Origin: Pseudomonadota bacterium
Lineage (GTDB): Bacteria; Pseudomonadota; Gammaproteobacteria; Burkholderiales; SG8-39
DNA: 64,000 nt
Direction of reading: 5' to 3'
Assembly (NCBI GenBank): GCA_040752005.1
Contig: JBFMFX010000015.1
Span: 504-64,503, forward strand
Made by a program: the position numbers and the translations under genes. This document shows, piece after piece, positions 51,724 to 62,585 of the stretch (its first letter is position 1; every line of letters starts with the position of its first letter). The notes under the pieces were generated by a model. It was given only the letters and a program-made list of their open reading frames with translations, did not search any database and was not told the DNA's origin.

Positions 51724-53020
51724 GCGGATGCGCGGGGCGCGCCTGTGGTGCCTCGCCTCCCATGCCCTGCCGGATGTGGCGCGTGGCGATCGGGCAGTCG
51801 GAGCTCACCCAGTCGGGCGCGCCCGCGGCCATCTGGCGAAAGACCGGACTGCCGATCTTCATCGCGTTGCGGAAAAACTCGACCTTCACGCCCCAGGTGC
51901 CGTCGTGCCCCGAGCAGCGCTCGACGGTGTTCACCGTGGTGCCCGGGATCATCTCCAGCAGCTCGCGCGTCTTCTGCCCCATGTTCTGCACGCGCGAATG
52001 GCAGGGAATGTGATACGACACCGTGCCGAGCTTTTCCTTGAAGTCCGTCTTCAGCAGCCCGTCCTTTGCGCGCAGGACGAAATACTCGAAGGGGTCGAAT
52101 ATCGCCTCCTTCACCGCCTGCACGTCCGCGTCTTCCGGAAAGAGCAGCGGCAGCTCCTGCTTGAACATCAGCGTGCAGGAGGGCACCGGCGTCATGATCG
52201 CCCAGCCTTCGCGCGCGAGCTTCGCGAGCGGCGGAATGTTCACCTCCTTCAGCCGCGCCACCGATTCGAGGTCGCCGAGTTCCAGTTTCGGCATGCCGCA
52301 GCAGGCCTCCTTCTCCACCAGCATGCACGGGATCTCGTTGTGCGCGAGGATGGCGAGCAGGTCGTGTCCGATACCCGGTTCGTTGTAGTTGACGTAGCAG
52401 GTGGAAAAGATCGCCACCTTGCCCGGCGTGCGGCTGCCGTCGCGCACCGCGAAGCCGCCGGCGGGCGCCGCGGCAGAGCGGAACTTGCGCGGCGCGTAGG
52501 GCGGCAGCTCGCGCTCGTGATGCACGCCGAGAACCTTCTCCATCGCCATTCGCGCGGCGCCGTTGCGATTGGCGGCGTTCACCGCCTGTGCGACGACCGG
52601 GATCGCCGCCAGTTTGCCCACCGCGTCGGTGGACGAGAGAAGCCGATCGCGCAGCTTGACCTCGCCCTTCCTGAACTTGATGGCCTTGGCGCGCAGCATC
52701 AGGTGCGGGAAGTCCACGTTCCACGGATGCGGCGGCACGTACGGGCACTTGGTCATGAAGCACACGTCGCACAGGTAGCACTGGTCCACGACCTTCCAGT
52801 AATCGCTCTTGGCGACGCCGTCCACCTCCAGCGTGCTGGAGGCGTCCACCAGGTCGAAGAGCGTCGGAAACGCCGTGCACAGGTTCACGCACCGGCGGCA
52901 GCCGTGGCAGATGTCGAACACGCGCTCCATTTCCTTGAGCGCCTTGTCTTCGTCGTAGAACGCCTCGCTCTTCCAGTCGAGCGGATGGCGGGTAGGGGCT
53001 TCCAGACTTCCTTCGCGCAT
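51692..53020 (-). CDS. Fe-S oxidoreductase (GlpC/HdrD-like, CCG domains)
   Basis: CHGCRRCVNLC, CYLCDVC...CP, CCGMP, CSGHDG, SDCP. Confidence 0.88.
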   Translation of the reverse strand: MREGSLEAPTRHPLDWKSEAFYDEDKALKEMERVFDICHGCRRCVNLCTAFPTLFDLVDASSTLEVDGVAKSDYWKVVDQCYLCDVCFMTKCPYVPPHPWNVDFPHLMLRAKAIKFRKGEVKLRDRLLSSTDAVGKLAAIPVVAQAVNAANRNGAARMAMEKVLGVHHERELPPYAPRKFRSAAAPAGGFAVRDGSRTPGKVAIFSTCYVNYNEPGIGHDLLAILAHNEIPCMLVEKEACCGMPKLELGDLESVARLKEVNIPPLAKLAREGWAIMTPVPSCTLMFKQELPLLFPEDADVQAVKEAIFDPFEYFVLRAKDGLLKTDFKEKLGTVSYHIPCHSRVQNMGQKTRELLEMIPGTTVNTVERCSGHDGTWGVKVEFFRNAMKIGSPVFRQMAAGAPDWVSSDCPIATRHIRQGMGGEAPQARPAHPLALLRKAYGL

Positions 53021-53087
53021 GCGTTCAGCTTACCGGCAGGCGGTGCGCCGAGCAATCGGTGCGGGCGATCGCCGGCATAGCCGCCGG

Positions 53088-55766
53088 CTATAGCGCGCGC
53101 ACGACGCTGACCACGTCGCCGACGCGCCCCGCCTCGACAAAGCCCAGGCGCGCCGCGAGCGCGAGCATGTCGGTGTTGACGTTGAGGATGTGTCCCCAGA
53201 GCGTGCTGTATCCGGTCGCGCGCGCACACTCGCACAACCGCTCGAGCAGCGCGCGGCCGATGCCGCGGCCCTGCCAGTCGTCGGCCACGGCGAGGGCAAA
53301 TTCGGCGCTCTCGCCGTCGGGGTTGGGCATGTAGCGACCGACGCCGACCAGCTCGCCGCTTTCCGGGTCGAGGGCGACGAGCGCGAGCTCGCGGTCGTAG
53401 TCGAGCTGGGTGAAGCGCGCGAGCATCTGCGGCGGCAGTTGCGCCATTTCGTGGTGGAAACGCTGGTAGCGCGAGCGCGGCGACAGGCGCTCGAAGAAGC
53501 GCAGCTCCAGCGCCGCATCCTCCGGGCGGATCGGCCGCACCGGAATGCGGCGGCCGTCGCGCAGCGCGATCTCGCCCTCGAGCTCCGCCGGGTACGGATG
53601 GATCGCCATGTGGCCGTAGCGCGGCGGCGCGGCGCGGCGCCGTCGCTCGATGACCACGCGCGCGTCGGCGATCACCGCGCCGCCCGGGTGCGCGAGCACC
53701 GGATTGAGATCCATCTCGGCGAGCCAGGCCAGCCCGCACACCATGCGCGAGACGCCTTCCAGGATCGCCGTGAGCGCCTCCATGTCGGCCGCCGGCACGT
53801 CGCGGTAGGCGGCGAGCAGCCGCGCGACGCGCGTGCGCTCGATCAGCTCGCGGGCAAGCGTCGCGTTGAGCGGCGGCAGCGCGACCGCGGTGTCGCGCAC
53901 CGCCTCGACGGCGACGCCGCCCGCGCCGAAGGTGATCACCGGGCCGAACACCGGGTCGGTGGCGACGCCGATCAGCACCTCGCGCTGGTGCGGATAGCGC
54001 AGCATCGGCTGCACCGTCGCGCCCTCCAGGCGCGCCTCGGGCCGCAGCGCGCGTGCGTGCCGCAGCATCGCCTCGAACGCCTCGGCGACCATCTCGGCGT
54101 TGACGAGGTCGAGGCGCACACCGCCGACTTCGGTCTTGTGAGTGATGTCGGGCGAGTGGATCTTGAGCGCCACGGGAAAGCCGATCTCGCGCGCCGCCGC
54201 AACCGCGGCCTCGGCCGTTTGCGCGAGCACCGAGCGCGGCACCGGCAGGCCGAAGAGCGAGAGCAGCCGCTTCGCCTCGTGTTCGGTGAGCACCGTGCGG
54301 CCGGCGGCGAGCGCCTCGTCGCGGATCGCGTTCGCCGCGGCGATGTCCGGTGCGTGCGCCGCGCGCGCCGGCGCGCTCGCCGCGGGCACCTCCATCAGTT
54401 GCCTCTGGTTGCGGCGGTAGGCGCACAAAAACGAGAACGCCTCGACCGCGTTCTCCGGGGTGTAGAAGTTGGGCACGCCGCGCGACTCCAGCCAGGCGCG
54501 CGTCGCGGTCGGGTCCACCCGCCCGAGCCAGGCGGCGAGCACCGGCTTTGCGCGGCCCTCGATCGCCTCGACGAGCGCGCGCGCGGCCGCCTCGGGCGGC
54601 GTTACCGCGACCGGGCTGTACATGGCGAGCAGCGCATCCACGCCAGGGTCGTCGAGCGCCGCCGCGGCCGCCTCGGTGAAGCGTTCCGGCGGCGCATCGC
54701 CGATGATGTCAATCGGGTTGCCGCGCGACCACTGCGCCGGCAGCTTCTCGTCCAGACGCGCGATCGTCGCGGGCGACAGCACCGCGAGCGGCACGCCGTT
54801 CTCGGCCGCGCTGTCGGCGGCCATCACGCCCGGTCCGCCGCCGTTGGTCAGGATCGCGAGGCGCTCGCCGGGGATGTCCCGCGCCGCGGCGAGGATGCGC
54901 GCGGCGGCGAAGAGGTGGGTGTAGGTCCGCACGCGCACCGTGCCCGAGCGGCGCAGCGCAGCGTCGAACACCGCGTCGCTTCCCATCAGCGCGCCGGTAT
55001 GGCTGGAGGCGGCGCGCGTACCCGCGGCGTAGCGGCCGACCTTGAGCACCACCACCGGTTTGGTGCGCGCGGCGGCGCGCAGCGCCGAAAGGAAGCGGCG
55101 CGCATCTCGCACGCCCTCGACGTACATCAGGATCGCCTCGGTTTCCGGGTCGGCGACGAGGAAGTCGAGCACCTCGCCAAAATCTACGTCCGCCGCGCCG
55201 CCGAGCGACACCACGCTGGAGAAACCGATGCCGGTCGGGTACGCCCAGTCGAGGATCGCGGTGCAGATCGCGCCCGATTGCGACACCAGCGCGAGTTTTC
55301 CGGGGCGCGCCGGCACCGGCGAGAAGGTGGCGTTCAGACCCGCGTCAGTGCGCATCAGGCCAAGGCAGTTCGGCCCGAGCAGCCGCACGCGCCCGCGTTT
55401 CGCGGCGGCGAGCATTTCCTGCTGCAGCGCGCGGCCCGCCTCACCCGCCTCGGCGAAACCGCTCGTTAGGACCGCGCAGGCGCGCACGCCCGCCTCGCCC
55501 GCCTCGGCGACGAGCGCAGGTACCGTGCGCGCCGGCGTTACCAGCACCGCCAGTTCGGGCGCGCTTGGCAGATCGGCGAGCCGGGCGTAGCAGCGCTCGC
55601 CAAGGACGCTGCGGTACTTCGGATTGACCGCATACAGTCCGCCCTTCGGGCCGGCGGAGGTAAGATTCTCCCAGACGATGCGCCCGAGCGAGCCGGCCCG
55701 CTCGCTTGCGCCGACGAGCGCGACGCCGCGCGGCGCAAGCAGCGGCGCAAGGCGATGCCGGAACAT
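53088..55766 (-). CDS. Bifunctional acyl-CoA synthetase (NDP-forming)-like/GNAT protein acetyltransferase (Pat/YfiQ)
   Basis: GPNCLG, SQSGA, TNGGG, HKTEVGGV, DPVFGP, C-terminal GNAT WQGRGIG. Confidence 0.92.
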   Translation of the reverse strand: MFRHRLAPLLAPRGVALVGASERAGSLGRIVWENLTSAGPKGGLYAVNPKYRSVLGERCYARLADLPSAPELAVLVTPARTVPALVAEAGEAGVRACAVLTSGFAEAGEAGRALQQEMLAAAKRGRVRLLGPNCLGLMRTDAGLNATFSPVPARPGKLALVSQSGAICTAILDWAYPTGIGFSSVVSLGGAADVDFGEVLDFLVADPETEAILMYVEGVRDARRFLSALRAAARTKPVVVLKVGRYAAGTRAASSHTGALMGSDAVFDAALRRSGTVRVRTYTHLFAAARILAAARDIPGERLAILTNGGGPGVMAADSAAENGVPLAVLSPATIARLDEKLPAQWSRGNPIDIIGDAPPERFTEAAAAALDDPGVDALLAMYSPVAVTPPEAAARALVEAIEGRAKPVLAAWLGRVDPTATRAWLESRGVPNFYTPENAVEAFSFLCAYRRNQRQLMEVPAASAPARAAHAPDIAAANAIRDEALAAGRTVLTEHEAKRLLSLFGLPVPRSVLAQTAEAAVAAAREIGFPVALKIHSPDITHKTEVGGVRLDLVNAEMVAEAFEAMLRHARALRPEARLEGATVQPMLRYPHQREVLIGVATDPVFGPVITFGAGGVAVEAVRDTAVALPPLNATLARELIERTRVARLLAAYRDVPAADMEALTAILEGVSRMVCGLAWLAEMDLNPVLAHPGGAVIADARVVIERRRRAAPPRYGHMAIHPYPAELEGEIALRDGRRIPVRPIRPEDAALELRFFERLSPRSRYQRFHHEMAQLPPQMLARFTQLDYDRELALVALDPESGELVGVGRYMPNPDGESAEFALAVADDWQGRGIGRALLERLCECARATGYSTLWGHILNVNTDMLALAARLGFVEAGRVGDVVSVVRAL

Positions 55767-55812
55767 GGCCGCGAGTCTAGCCGAGCGCGCGCCGGCGCCA
55801 GGTGGCCTCGGT

Positions 55813-55826
55813 TTGACGCAGGTCAA
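55813..55826. promoter_or_regulatory. FNR/CRP-family box between pat and hsp20
   Basis: TTGAC-GCAG-GTCAA palindrome. Confidence 0.7.
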
Positions 55827-55879
55827 CACTCCGCGGCCTCGGGCGCCTAGCATGCCTCCGATCCCGAAAGGAGACTGGC

Positions 55880-56302
55880 ATGGCGAACATCACACGCTAC
55901 AGCCCGTTCGATGCCCTGTTCGACGAGCTCGCGCGCGGCTTCTGGGTGAAGCCTCTGCCGATTCCCGGCGGCGCCGAGCTGAAGATGAAGCTCGAGGTGA
56001 AGGAGGACGACAGCGCCTACAAGGTGCAGGCCGAGATCCCCGGCGTGAAGAAGGAGGACATCCAGGTCGAGGTGGACGGCGACCAGGTTTCCATCCGCGC
56101 CGAGGTGAAGCAGGAAAAGGAGGAAAAGAAGGGCGAGAAGGTGCTGCACAGCGAACGCTACTACGGCATGGTGTCGCGCAGCTTCACGCTGCCCAGCGAG
56201 GTGGACGAAAAAGCGACCGAAGCCAGATACAAGGACGGGGTGCTCGAGCTGACGCTGCCGAAGAAGAAGGGCGGCGGCGGCAAGCGCATCGCGATCCAAT
56301 GA
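55880..56302 (+). CDS. Small heat-shock protein Hsp20
   Basis: AEIPGVKKEDI, ERYYG, RSFTLP, YKDGVLELTLPK. Confidence 0.94.
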   Translation: MANITRYSPFDALFDELARGFWVKPLPIPGGAELKMKLEVKEDDSAYKVQAEIPGVKKEDIQVEVDGDQVSIRAEVKQEKEEKKGEKVLHSERYYGMVSRSFTLPSEVDEKATEARYKDGVLELTLPKKKGGGGKRIAIQ

Positions 56303-56757
56303 GGGCCGCGGCGGCGCTCGTCCTTGCGGCGGTGGCGCAGGGGGCCGCCGCGCAAGGCGTGGCATTGCTGACCGAGGGCGCGGTGCGCTACGCCTGCGGC
56401 GGCGCCGGCGTCGAGGAGCGCCAGGCGCTTAAGGCGCTCGAAGGCGAGGCGAACCTGAAGCTCCTGTTTGTGACGCAAAAGCGCGGCGGTTTCCTCGCCG
56501 ACGCCGAAGTGACGGTCGCGGACAGCGCCGGCAAGGTGCACCTGCGCACGGTGGCGCCGGGTCCGATATGCGTGCTGCGGCTGCCCGAGGGCCGCTACCG
56601 GGTGAGCGCCTCGCTCGGGGGGGTGACGCGCACGGCAGCCGCGAACGTGGCGGCGCAGGCGGGCAAACCGCAGAGCCTGGTGTTCACTTTTCCCGGCGAG
56701 AAGTGGGACGGCATCTGGGCCTCCGATGAGGAAAAGGCGGGCGCCCGCTCCCCGTAG
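56299..56757 (+). CDS. Exported hypothetical protein (carboxypeptidase-regulatory-like beta domain)
   Basis: Signal peptide; GGAG.EE, FLADAEV, GP....LPEGRYRVSA; overlaps the hsp20 stop. Confidence 0.65.
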   Translation: MRAAAALVLAAVAQGAAAQGVALLTEGAVRYACGGAGVEERQALKALEGEANLKLLFVTQKRGGFLADAEVTVADSAGKVHLRTVAPGPICVLRLPEGRYRVSASLGGVTRTAAANVAAQAGKPQSLVFTFPGEKWDGIWASDEEKAGARSP

Positions 56758-56766
56758 CGCGACGCG

Positions 56767-59235
56767 GTGAGCGCCGCCTGCTTTCATTGCGGCCTGCCGG
56801 TCGAGGCGCGCGGCCGCTGGCGCGCGCAGGTGGCCGGCGCCGAGCGCGACTTCTGCTGCGCCGGCTGCGAGGCGGTCGCGACCGCGATCGCCGCAGGGGG
56901 CTTGGAGCGCTACTACGAGACGCGCACGGCGCCCGCCGCAGCGCCCGACGCGTCCTTCGCGCCGGCGACGGCGTACGATGATCCGCAGGCGCTCGCGCAG
57001 TTCGCCGCGCCCGCGGGCGAGGGGCTCGTCGAGGCGACGCTGATCCTGGAGCGGGTGCGTTGCGCGGCCTGCCTGTGGCTGCTCGAGCAGGCGCTGCGGC
57101 GCGCACCGGGCGTTCGCCGCGCCGACGTCAATTACGCGACGCACCGTGCCCACGTCGTCTGGGATCCGAGCGCGACGCGTCCCTCGGCGATCATCGCAGC
57201 GGTGCGCCGGATCGGCTACGACGCCGCGCCCTGGGATCCGCAGCGCCAGACGGTGGTCGAGCGCGCCGAGCGCCGCGGCGCCCTGTGGCGGCTCTTCGTC
57301 GCCGGTTTCGGCGCGATGCAGGCGATGATGTACGCCTTCCCCGCCTACGTGGACGCCGGCGGCGGCACGCTCGCGCCGGAAGCCGAAAGCCTCATGCGCT
57401 GGGCCGGGCTCGTGCTCACGCTGCCGGTGCTTCTCTTTGCCTGCGGGCCGTTCTTTTCCGGCGCGTGGCGCGAGATGCGGCGCCTGCGGCCCGGAATGGA
57501 TACGCCGATCGCGATCGGCATCGCGGCGGGCTTTGCCGCGAGCGCCTGGGCCACCGTCACCGGCGAGGGTGCCGTGTACTTCGACTCGATCGCGATGCTG
57601 GTGTTTCTGCTGCTCGCGGCCCGCTATCTGGAGCTGGCGGTGCGCCAGCGCGCCGCGCGCACGCTCGATCGCCTGGCGCGCTGGGTGCCCTCGTTCGCGC
57701 TGCGCCTTGCCGATCGCGCCGACCCGGGCTCGGCCGAGCGCGTTCCGGCGCACGCGCTCGTGCCCGGCGACCGGGTGCTGGTTCGCGCCGGCGAGCGCGT
57801 TCCGGCCGACGGCAGGGTGGAGGCGGGCACATCCAGTGCCGACGAGTCGCTGCTCACCGGCGAGCCGGTGCCGGTCGCGAAAGCGCCAGGCTCGCGGCTT
57901 GCCGCGGGCACGCTCAACCTGGAGCAGCCGCTCGTCATGCGCGTCGAGCGCGCCGGCGCGCAGACGCGCGCGGCGGCGATCGCACGCCTTGCCGAGCGCG
58001 CGGCGGCGGCGAAACCGCGCCTGCTGGCGCAGGCCGACCGGATCGCGCACGCGATGACGTGGATCGTGCTCGCGACCGCCTCGGCGGCCGGGCTGGCCTC
58101 AGGCGATCCGTGGACCGCGATCGCGGTCCTGGTCGCCACTTGCCCGTGCGCTCTGGGGCTTGCGGCGCCGCTAGCGCTCGCCACCGCCGCCGGCCGGCTC
58201 AGCGAGCAGGGCGTGGTGCTCACGCGCGCCTCGGCCCTGGAGACCCTTGCGCGCGCGACCGACGTGGTGCTCGACAAGACTGGAACGCTCACGCGCGGGC
58301 GCTTCAGCCTGCGCGAGGTGCGCACGCTCGGCGCAGCGAGTGCCGACGAGTGCCTCGCGCTGGCGCGCGCGCTCGAGGCAGGCGCGAGCCATCCGCTTGC
58401 GCGCGCTTTCGACGGCCCGGGACCGCGCGCAGCCGTCGCCGCTCTGGAAAACGTTCCCGGCCGCGGCATGGCTGCCCTTTGCGCGGGTCGGCGCGTGCGG
58501 ATCGGGACCGCGCAGTTCTGCGCGGAACTCGCCGGCTCGCCCGCGCCCTCCGAGCTCGTGCTGGATCCCGCGTTCACCGCGGTCTGGCTTGCCGACGAGC
58601 GCGGTTGGCTGGCGGTATTTGCGCTCGAGGACGCGCCGCGGCCGGACGCGCAGGCGGCGGTGCAAGCGCTGCGCGGCGCCGGGCTCGCGCTGCATCTGGT
58701 GAGCGGCGATCGGCCGGCGGCGGTCGCCGCGTTCGCCGCGCGCCTGGGCATCAGCGCATGCGCGGGCGGGACGACGCCGCAGGGCAAGGCCGCGTACGTC
58801 GAGCGCCTGCAGAACGAGGGCCGGGTCGTGGTGATGATCGGCGACGGGCTGAACGACGAGCCGGTGCTCGCGCGCGCGCATGCCGCGATCGCGATGGGCT
58901 CGGGGACGGAGGCGGCGCAGGCGCGCGCCGATTTCGTGCTCCTTGCCGAGCGCGGCGAGGCCCGCATCGGCGCAGCGGTCGAATGCTTCGCGGTCGCGCG
59001 GCGCGCCATGCGCATCGTGCGCCAGAATTTCGCCTGGGCGAGCGCCTACAATCTGGCTGCGCTGCCGCTTGCGGCGCTCGGGCAGATCGGCCCGTGGGAG
59101 GCGGCGCTCGGCATGGCCGCCAGTTCCTTGATCGTGGTGCTGAACGCCGCGCGCGCGGCCGCCGCGCCGAACGAGGGCAAAGCGTGGAAAGCCTTTACCT
59201 CCTCATTCCTCTGTCCGTCGCGCTCGTACTCCTGA
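56767..59235 (+). CDS. ccoI: Cu-translocating P1B ATPase CcoI/FixI
   Basis: CFHC, FCCAGC, CAAC, TGE, CPCALGLA, DKTGT, GDGLND. Confidence 0.92.
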   Translation: MSAACFHCGLPVEARGRWRAQVAGAERDFCCAGCEAVATAIAAGGLERYYETRTAPAAAPDASFAPATAYDDPQALAQFAAPAGEGLVEATLILERVRCAACLWLLEQALRRAPGVRRADVNYATHRAHVVWDPSATRPSAIIAAVRRIGYDAAPWDPQRQTVVERAERRGALWRLFVAGFGAMQAMMYAFPAYVDAGGGTLAPEAESLMRWAGLVLTLPVLLFACGPFFSGAWREMRRLRPGMDTPIAIGIAAGFAASAWATVTGEGAVYFDSIAMLVFLLLAARYLELAVRQRAARTLDRLARWVPSFALRLADRADPGSAERVPAHALVPGDRVLVRAGERVPADGRVEAGTSSADESLLTGEPVPVAKAPGSRLAAGTLNLEQPLVMRVERAGAQTRAAAIARLAERAAAAKPRLLAQADRIAHAMTWIVLATASAAGLASGDPWTAIAVLVATCPCALGLAAPLALATAAGRLSEQGVVLTRASALETLARATDVVLDKTGTLTRGRFSLREVRTLGAASADECLALARALEAGASHPLARAFDGPGPRAAVAALENVPGRGMAALCAGRRVRIGTAQFCAELAGSPAPSELVLDPAFTAVWLADERGWLAVFALEDAPRPDAQAAVQALRGAGLALHLVSGDRPAAVAAFAARLGISACAGGTTPQGKAAYVERLQNEGRVVVMIGDGLNDEPVLARAHAAIAMGSGTEAAQARADFVLLAERGEARIGAAVECFAVARRAMRIVRQNFAWASAYNLAALPLAALGQIGPWEAALGMAASSLIVVLNAARAAAAPNEGKAWKAFTSSFLCPSRSYS

Positions 59236-59324
59236 GCGGCTGGGTGTTCTGGCGCGCGCTCGCGAGCGGCCAGTTCGACGACCTCGACCGGCCCGGCACC
59301 GACGTGCTCTCGGACGAGGACTGA
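59184..59324 (+). CDS. ccoS: cbb3 oxidase maturation protein CcoS
   Basis: ESLYLLIPLS...SGQFDDL. Confidence 0.9.
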   Translation: MESLYLLIPLSVALVLLSGWVFWRALASGQFDDLDRPGTDVLSDED

Positions 59325-60307
59325 TGCGCGCGATGCGGCTGCACGCGGCCGGCCGGCCGCTCGTCGCCGAGGCGCTCGCCGTGCCCGAGCCCGCAGCGGG
59401 GCAGGTGCTCGTGCGCGTGCGCGCCTGCGGGGTGTGTCGCACCGATCTGCATATCGCCGACGGCGAGCTGCCGCGCCCGAAGCTGCCGCTCGTGCCCGGC
59501 CACGAGATCGTCGGCGAGGTGATCGCGTGCGGTGCCGGCGCGACGCGCTATCGGGCGGGCGAGCGCGTCGGCGTGCCGTGGCTCGGCTGGTGCTGCGGTG
59601 GCTGCGAGTTCTGCCGCGCCGGCCGCGAGAACCTGTGCGAGCGGGCGCGCTTCACCGGCTACGACCTCGACGGCGGCTACGCCGAGTACGCGCTCGCCGA
59701 CGAGCGCTTCTGTTTTCCGGTTCCCGCGCGCTACTCCGATGTCGAGGCGGCGCCGCTGCTTTGCGCCGGCCTGATCGGGCATCGCGCCTACTCGTTCGCG
59801 GGCGACGCAGCGGCGCTCGGCCTGTACGGCTTCGGCGCCGCGGCGCATCTGGTGGCCCAGGTCGCGCGCGCCGACGGCCGGCGCGTCTACGCGTTCACGC
59901 GGCCGGGCGACGCCGAGGCGCAGGAGCTTGCGCGCGCCTGCGGCGCGCACTGGGCGGGCGGCTCGGACGAAACGCCGCCCGAGCCGCTCGACGCCGCGCT
60001 CATCTTTGCGCCGGTCGGCGCGCTCGTGCCGCAGGCGCTCGCGGCCGTCAAGAAAGGCGGCATCGTGGTGTGCGCCGGCATCCACATGAGCGACATCCCG
60101 TCGTTTCCGTACGCGCTCCTGTGGGGCGAGCGGCGCATCCGGTCGGTGGCGAATCTCACGCGCGCCGACGGTGAAGCGTTCATGCGCGTCGCGGAGCGCG
60201 TACCTCTCAGGATCGAGACCACGGCCTTGCCGCTCGACGAGGCGAACGAAGCGCTCGCGCGGCTGCGCGAAGGCCGGCTCACCGGCGCGGCGGTGCTGGT
60301 GCCCTGA
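59324..60307 (+). CDS. Zn-dependent alcohol dehydrogenase family protein
   Basis: GVCRTDLH, GHEIVG, CGGCEFC...NLC, GLYGFGA. Confidence 0.92.
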   Translation: MRAMRLHAAGRPLVAEALAVPEPAAGQVLVRVRACGVCRTDLHIADGELPRPKLPLVPGHEIVGEVIACGAGATRYRAGERVGVPWLGWCCGGCEFCRAGRENLCERARFTGYDLDGGYAEYALADERFCFPVPARYSDVEAAPLLCAGLIGHRAYSFAGDAAALGLYGFGAAAHLVAQVARADGRRVYAFTRPGDAEAQELARACGAHWAGGSDETPPEPLDAALIFAPVGALVPQALAAVKKGGIVVCAGIHMSDIPSFPYALLWGERRIRSVANLTRADGEAFMRVAERVPLRIETTALPLDEANEALARLREGRLTGAAVLVP

Positions 60308-60317
60308 GGTGCGGCGT

Positions 60318-60331
60318 TTGATGCAGGTCAA
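60318..60331. promoter_or_regulatory. FNR (anaerobox) site upstream of ccoN
   Basis: TTGAT-GCAG-GTCAA. Confidence 0.8.
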
Positions 60332-60378
60332 ACGCCGTGGTGCAGCAGACCTTAGCATTGCCGAAGGGAGATACCGAG

Positions 60379-61803
60379 ATGAGCCAGACGGAAAACACCT
60401 ACAACTACACCGTCGTCCGGCAGTTCACGATCGCGGCAGTCGTGTGGGGCGTGGTCGGAATGCTGGTCGGCGTCGTGATCGCCGCGCAACTGCTGTGGCC
60501 GGAGCTCAATTTCGACGTCCCGTGGCTGTCCTACGGCAGGCTGCGGCCGCTGCACACCAACGCCGTCATCTTCGCCTTCGGCGGCTCGGCGCTGTTCGCC
60601 ACTTCGTATTATGTCGTGCAGCGCACCTGCCACGCACGGCTATTCTCCGACACGCTCGCCGCGTTCACTTTCTGGGGCTGGCAGGCGGTGATCGTGCTGG
60701 CGGCGGTGACGCTGCCGCTCGGCTACACGCAGGCGAAGGAGTACGCCGAGCTGGAATGGCCGATTGACGTGCTGATCACGCTGGTGTGGGTCGCCTACGC
60801 GATCGTGTTCTTCGGCACGATCTTCAAGCGCCGGGTGCCGCACATCTACGTCGCCAACTGGTTCTTCGGCGCATTCATCCTGACGGTGGCGATCCTGCAC
60901 CTGGTCAACAGCGCCGCGGTGCCGGCGACTTTCTGGAAGTCGTATTCGGTCTACGCCGGCGCGCAGGACGCGATGGTGCAGTGGTGGTACGGGCACAACG
61001 CGGTCGGATTCTTCCTCACCGCCGGCTTCCTCGGCATGATGTACTACTTCGTGCCCAAGCAGGCCGGGCGGCCGGTCTACAGCTACCGGCTGTCGGTGGT
61101 GCATTTCTGGGCGCTCATCTTCACCTACATGTGGGCGGGACCGCACCACCTGCACTACACCGCGCTTCCCGACTGGGCGCAGTCGCTCGGCATGGTGTTC
61201 TCGCTGATCTTGCTCGCGCCCTCCTGGGGCGGGATGATCAACGGCATCATGACGCTGTCGGGCGCCTGGGACAAGCTGCGCACCGACCCGATCCTCAAGT
61301 TCCTGATCGTGTCGCTCTCGTTCTACGGCATGTCCACCTTCGAGGGCCCGATGATGTCCATCAAGACGGTGAACGCGCTGTCGCACTATACCGACTGGAC
61401 GGTCGGCCACGTGCACTCGGGCGCGCTCGGCTGGGTGGGCCTCGTTTCGATGGGTTCGCTCTATTTCCTGATCCCGCGCCTGTACGGGCGCACCGAGATG
61501 GCGAGCGTGCCGGCGATCAACGTGCACTTCTGGATCGCGACCATCGGCATCGTGCTCTACATCGCCTCGATGTGGATCGCCGGAGTGATGCAGGGCCTGA
61601 TGTGGCGCGCGGTCGGCGCCGACGGCACGCTCACCTACACCTTCGTCGAGAGCGTGAAGGCGACGTATCCGTTCTACGCCATCCGCCTGCTCGGCGGGCT
61701 GCTGTACCTCGGCGGAATGCTGATCATGGCCTGGAACGTCTGGAAGACGGTCGCCGGCGCGCGCCCGGTCCAGGCACCCATTCCGGCCCCCGCGTACGCG
61801 TGA
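60379..61803 (+). CDS. ccoN: cbb3-type cytochrome c oxidase subunit I
   Basis: [29 protein letters not shown]. Confidence 0.97.
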   Translation: MSQTENTYNYTVVRQFTIAAVVWGVVGMLVGVVIAAQLLWPELNFDVPWLSYGRLRPLHTNAVIFAFGGSALFATSYYVVQRTCHARLFSDTLAAFTFWGWQAVIVLAAVTLPLGYTQAKEYAELEWPIDVLITLVWVAYAIVFFGTIFKRRVPHIYVANWFFGAFILTVAILHLVNSAAVPATFWKSYSVYAGAQDAMVQWWYGHNAVGFFLTAGFLGMMYYFVPKQAGRPVYSYRLSVVHFWALIFTYMWAGPHHLHYTALPDWAQSLGMVFSLILLAPSWGGMINGIMTLSGAWDKLRTDPILKFLIVSLSFYGMSTFEGPMMSIKTVNALSHYTDWTVGHVHSGALGWVGLVSMGSLYFLIPRLYGRTEMASVPAINVHFWIATIGIVLYIASMWIAGVMQGLMWRAVGADGTLTYTFVESVKATYPFYAIRLLGGLLYLGGMLIMAWNVWKTVAGARPVQAPIPAPAYA

Positions 61804-61807
61804 CGCC

Positions 61808-62425
61808 ATGAAGCTCACTCACGACCTGATCGAACGCAATCTCCCGCTGATGATCGTGCTCGTCGTCGCCGTGGTGGCGGTGGGCGGGCTGATCGAGATC
61901 GTGCCGCTCTCGTTCTCGAAACCGGTCACCGAACCGGTGGCGGGCCTGAAGCCCTACAGTCCGCTCGCCCTCGTCGGGCGCGACATCTACATCCGCGAAG
62001 GCTGCTACAACTGCCATTCGCAGATGGTGCGGCCGTTCCGCGCCGAGGTGGAGCGCTACGGCCACTACTCGGTGGCGGGCGAATTCGTGTACGACCATCC
62101 GTTCCAGTGGGGCTCCAAGCGCACCGGGCCGGACCTCGCCCGCGTCGGCGGCCGCTACTCGGACGACTGGCATCGCATCCACCTGCGCAACCCGCGCGCC
62201 CTGGTGCCCGAATCGAACATGCCGGCGTATCCGTGGCTGGAGCGCGCGCCCGCCGACGCCGGCGACATCGAGGCGAAGATGCGCGCGTTGCGCGCGGTCG
62301 GCGTGCCCTACACCGACGCCGACATTGCCGGGGCGCGCGCCCAGCTCAAGGACAAGACCGAGATGGACGCGCTGATCGCGTACCTGCAGGGGCTGGGCAC
62401 CGCGCTCAAGAGCAAGGTGAACTGA
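61808..62425 (+). CDS. ccoO: cbb3 oxidase subunit II
   Basis: [19 protein letters not shown]. Confidence 0.97.
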   Translation: MKLTHDLIERNLPLMIVLVVAVVAVGGLIEIVPLSFSKPVTEPVAGLKPYSPLALVGRDIYIREGCYNCHSQMVRPFRAEVERYGHYSVAGEFVYDHPFQWGSKRTGPDLARVGGRYSDDWHRIHLRNPRALVPESNMPAYPWLERAPADAGDIEAKMRALRAVGVPYTDADIAGARAQLKDKTEMDALIAYLQGLGTALKSKVN

Positions 62426-62441
62426 CCGGAGAGCACCGACC

Positions 62442-62585
62442 ATGGACATCGAAACGCTGAGAGGTCTGATGACCGCCGCTGCGTTCGCGGCCTTCCTCGG
62501 GATACTGTGGTGGGCGTACGCGCCGTCGCGCCGCAGCCGCTTCGAGCGCGACGCGCGGCTGCCGTTCGAAGGAGACGAGCCGTGA
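62442..62585 (+). CDS. ccoQ: cbb3 oxidase subunit IV
   Basis: 47 aa MDIETLRG...WWAY...FERDARLPF; lies between ccoO and ccoP. Confidence 0.88.
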   Translation: MDIETLRGLMTAAAFAAFLGILWWAYAPSRRSRFERDARLPFEGDEP

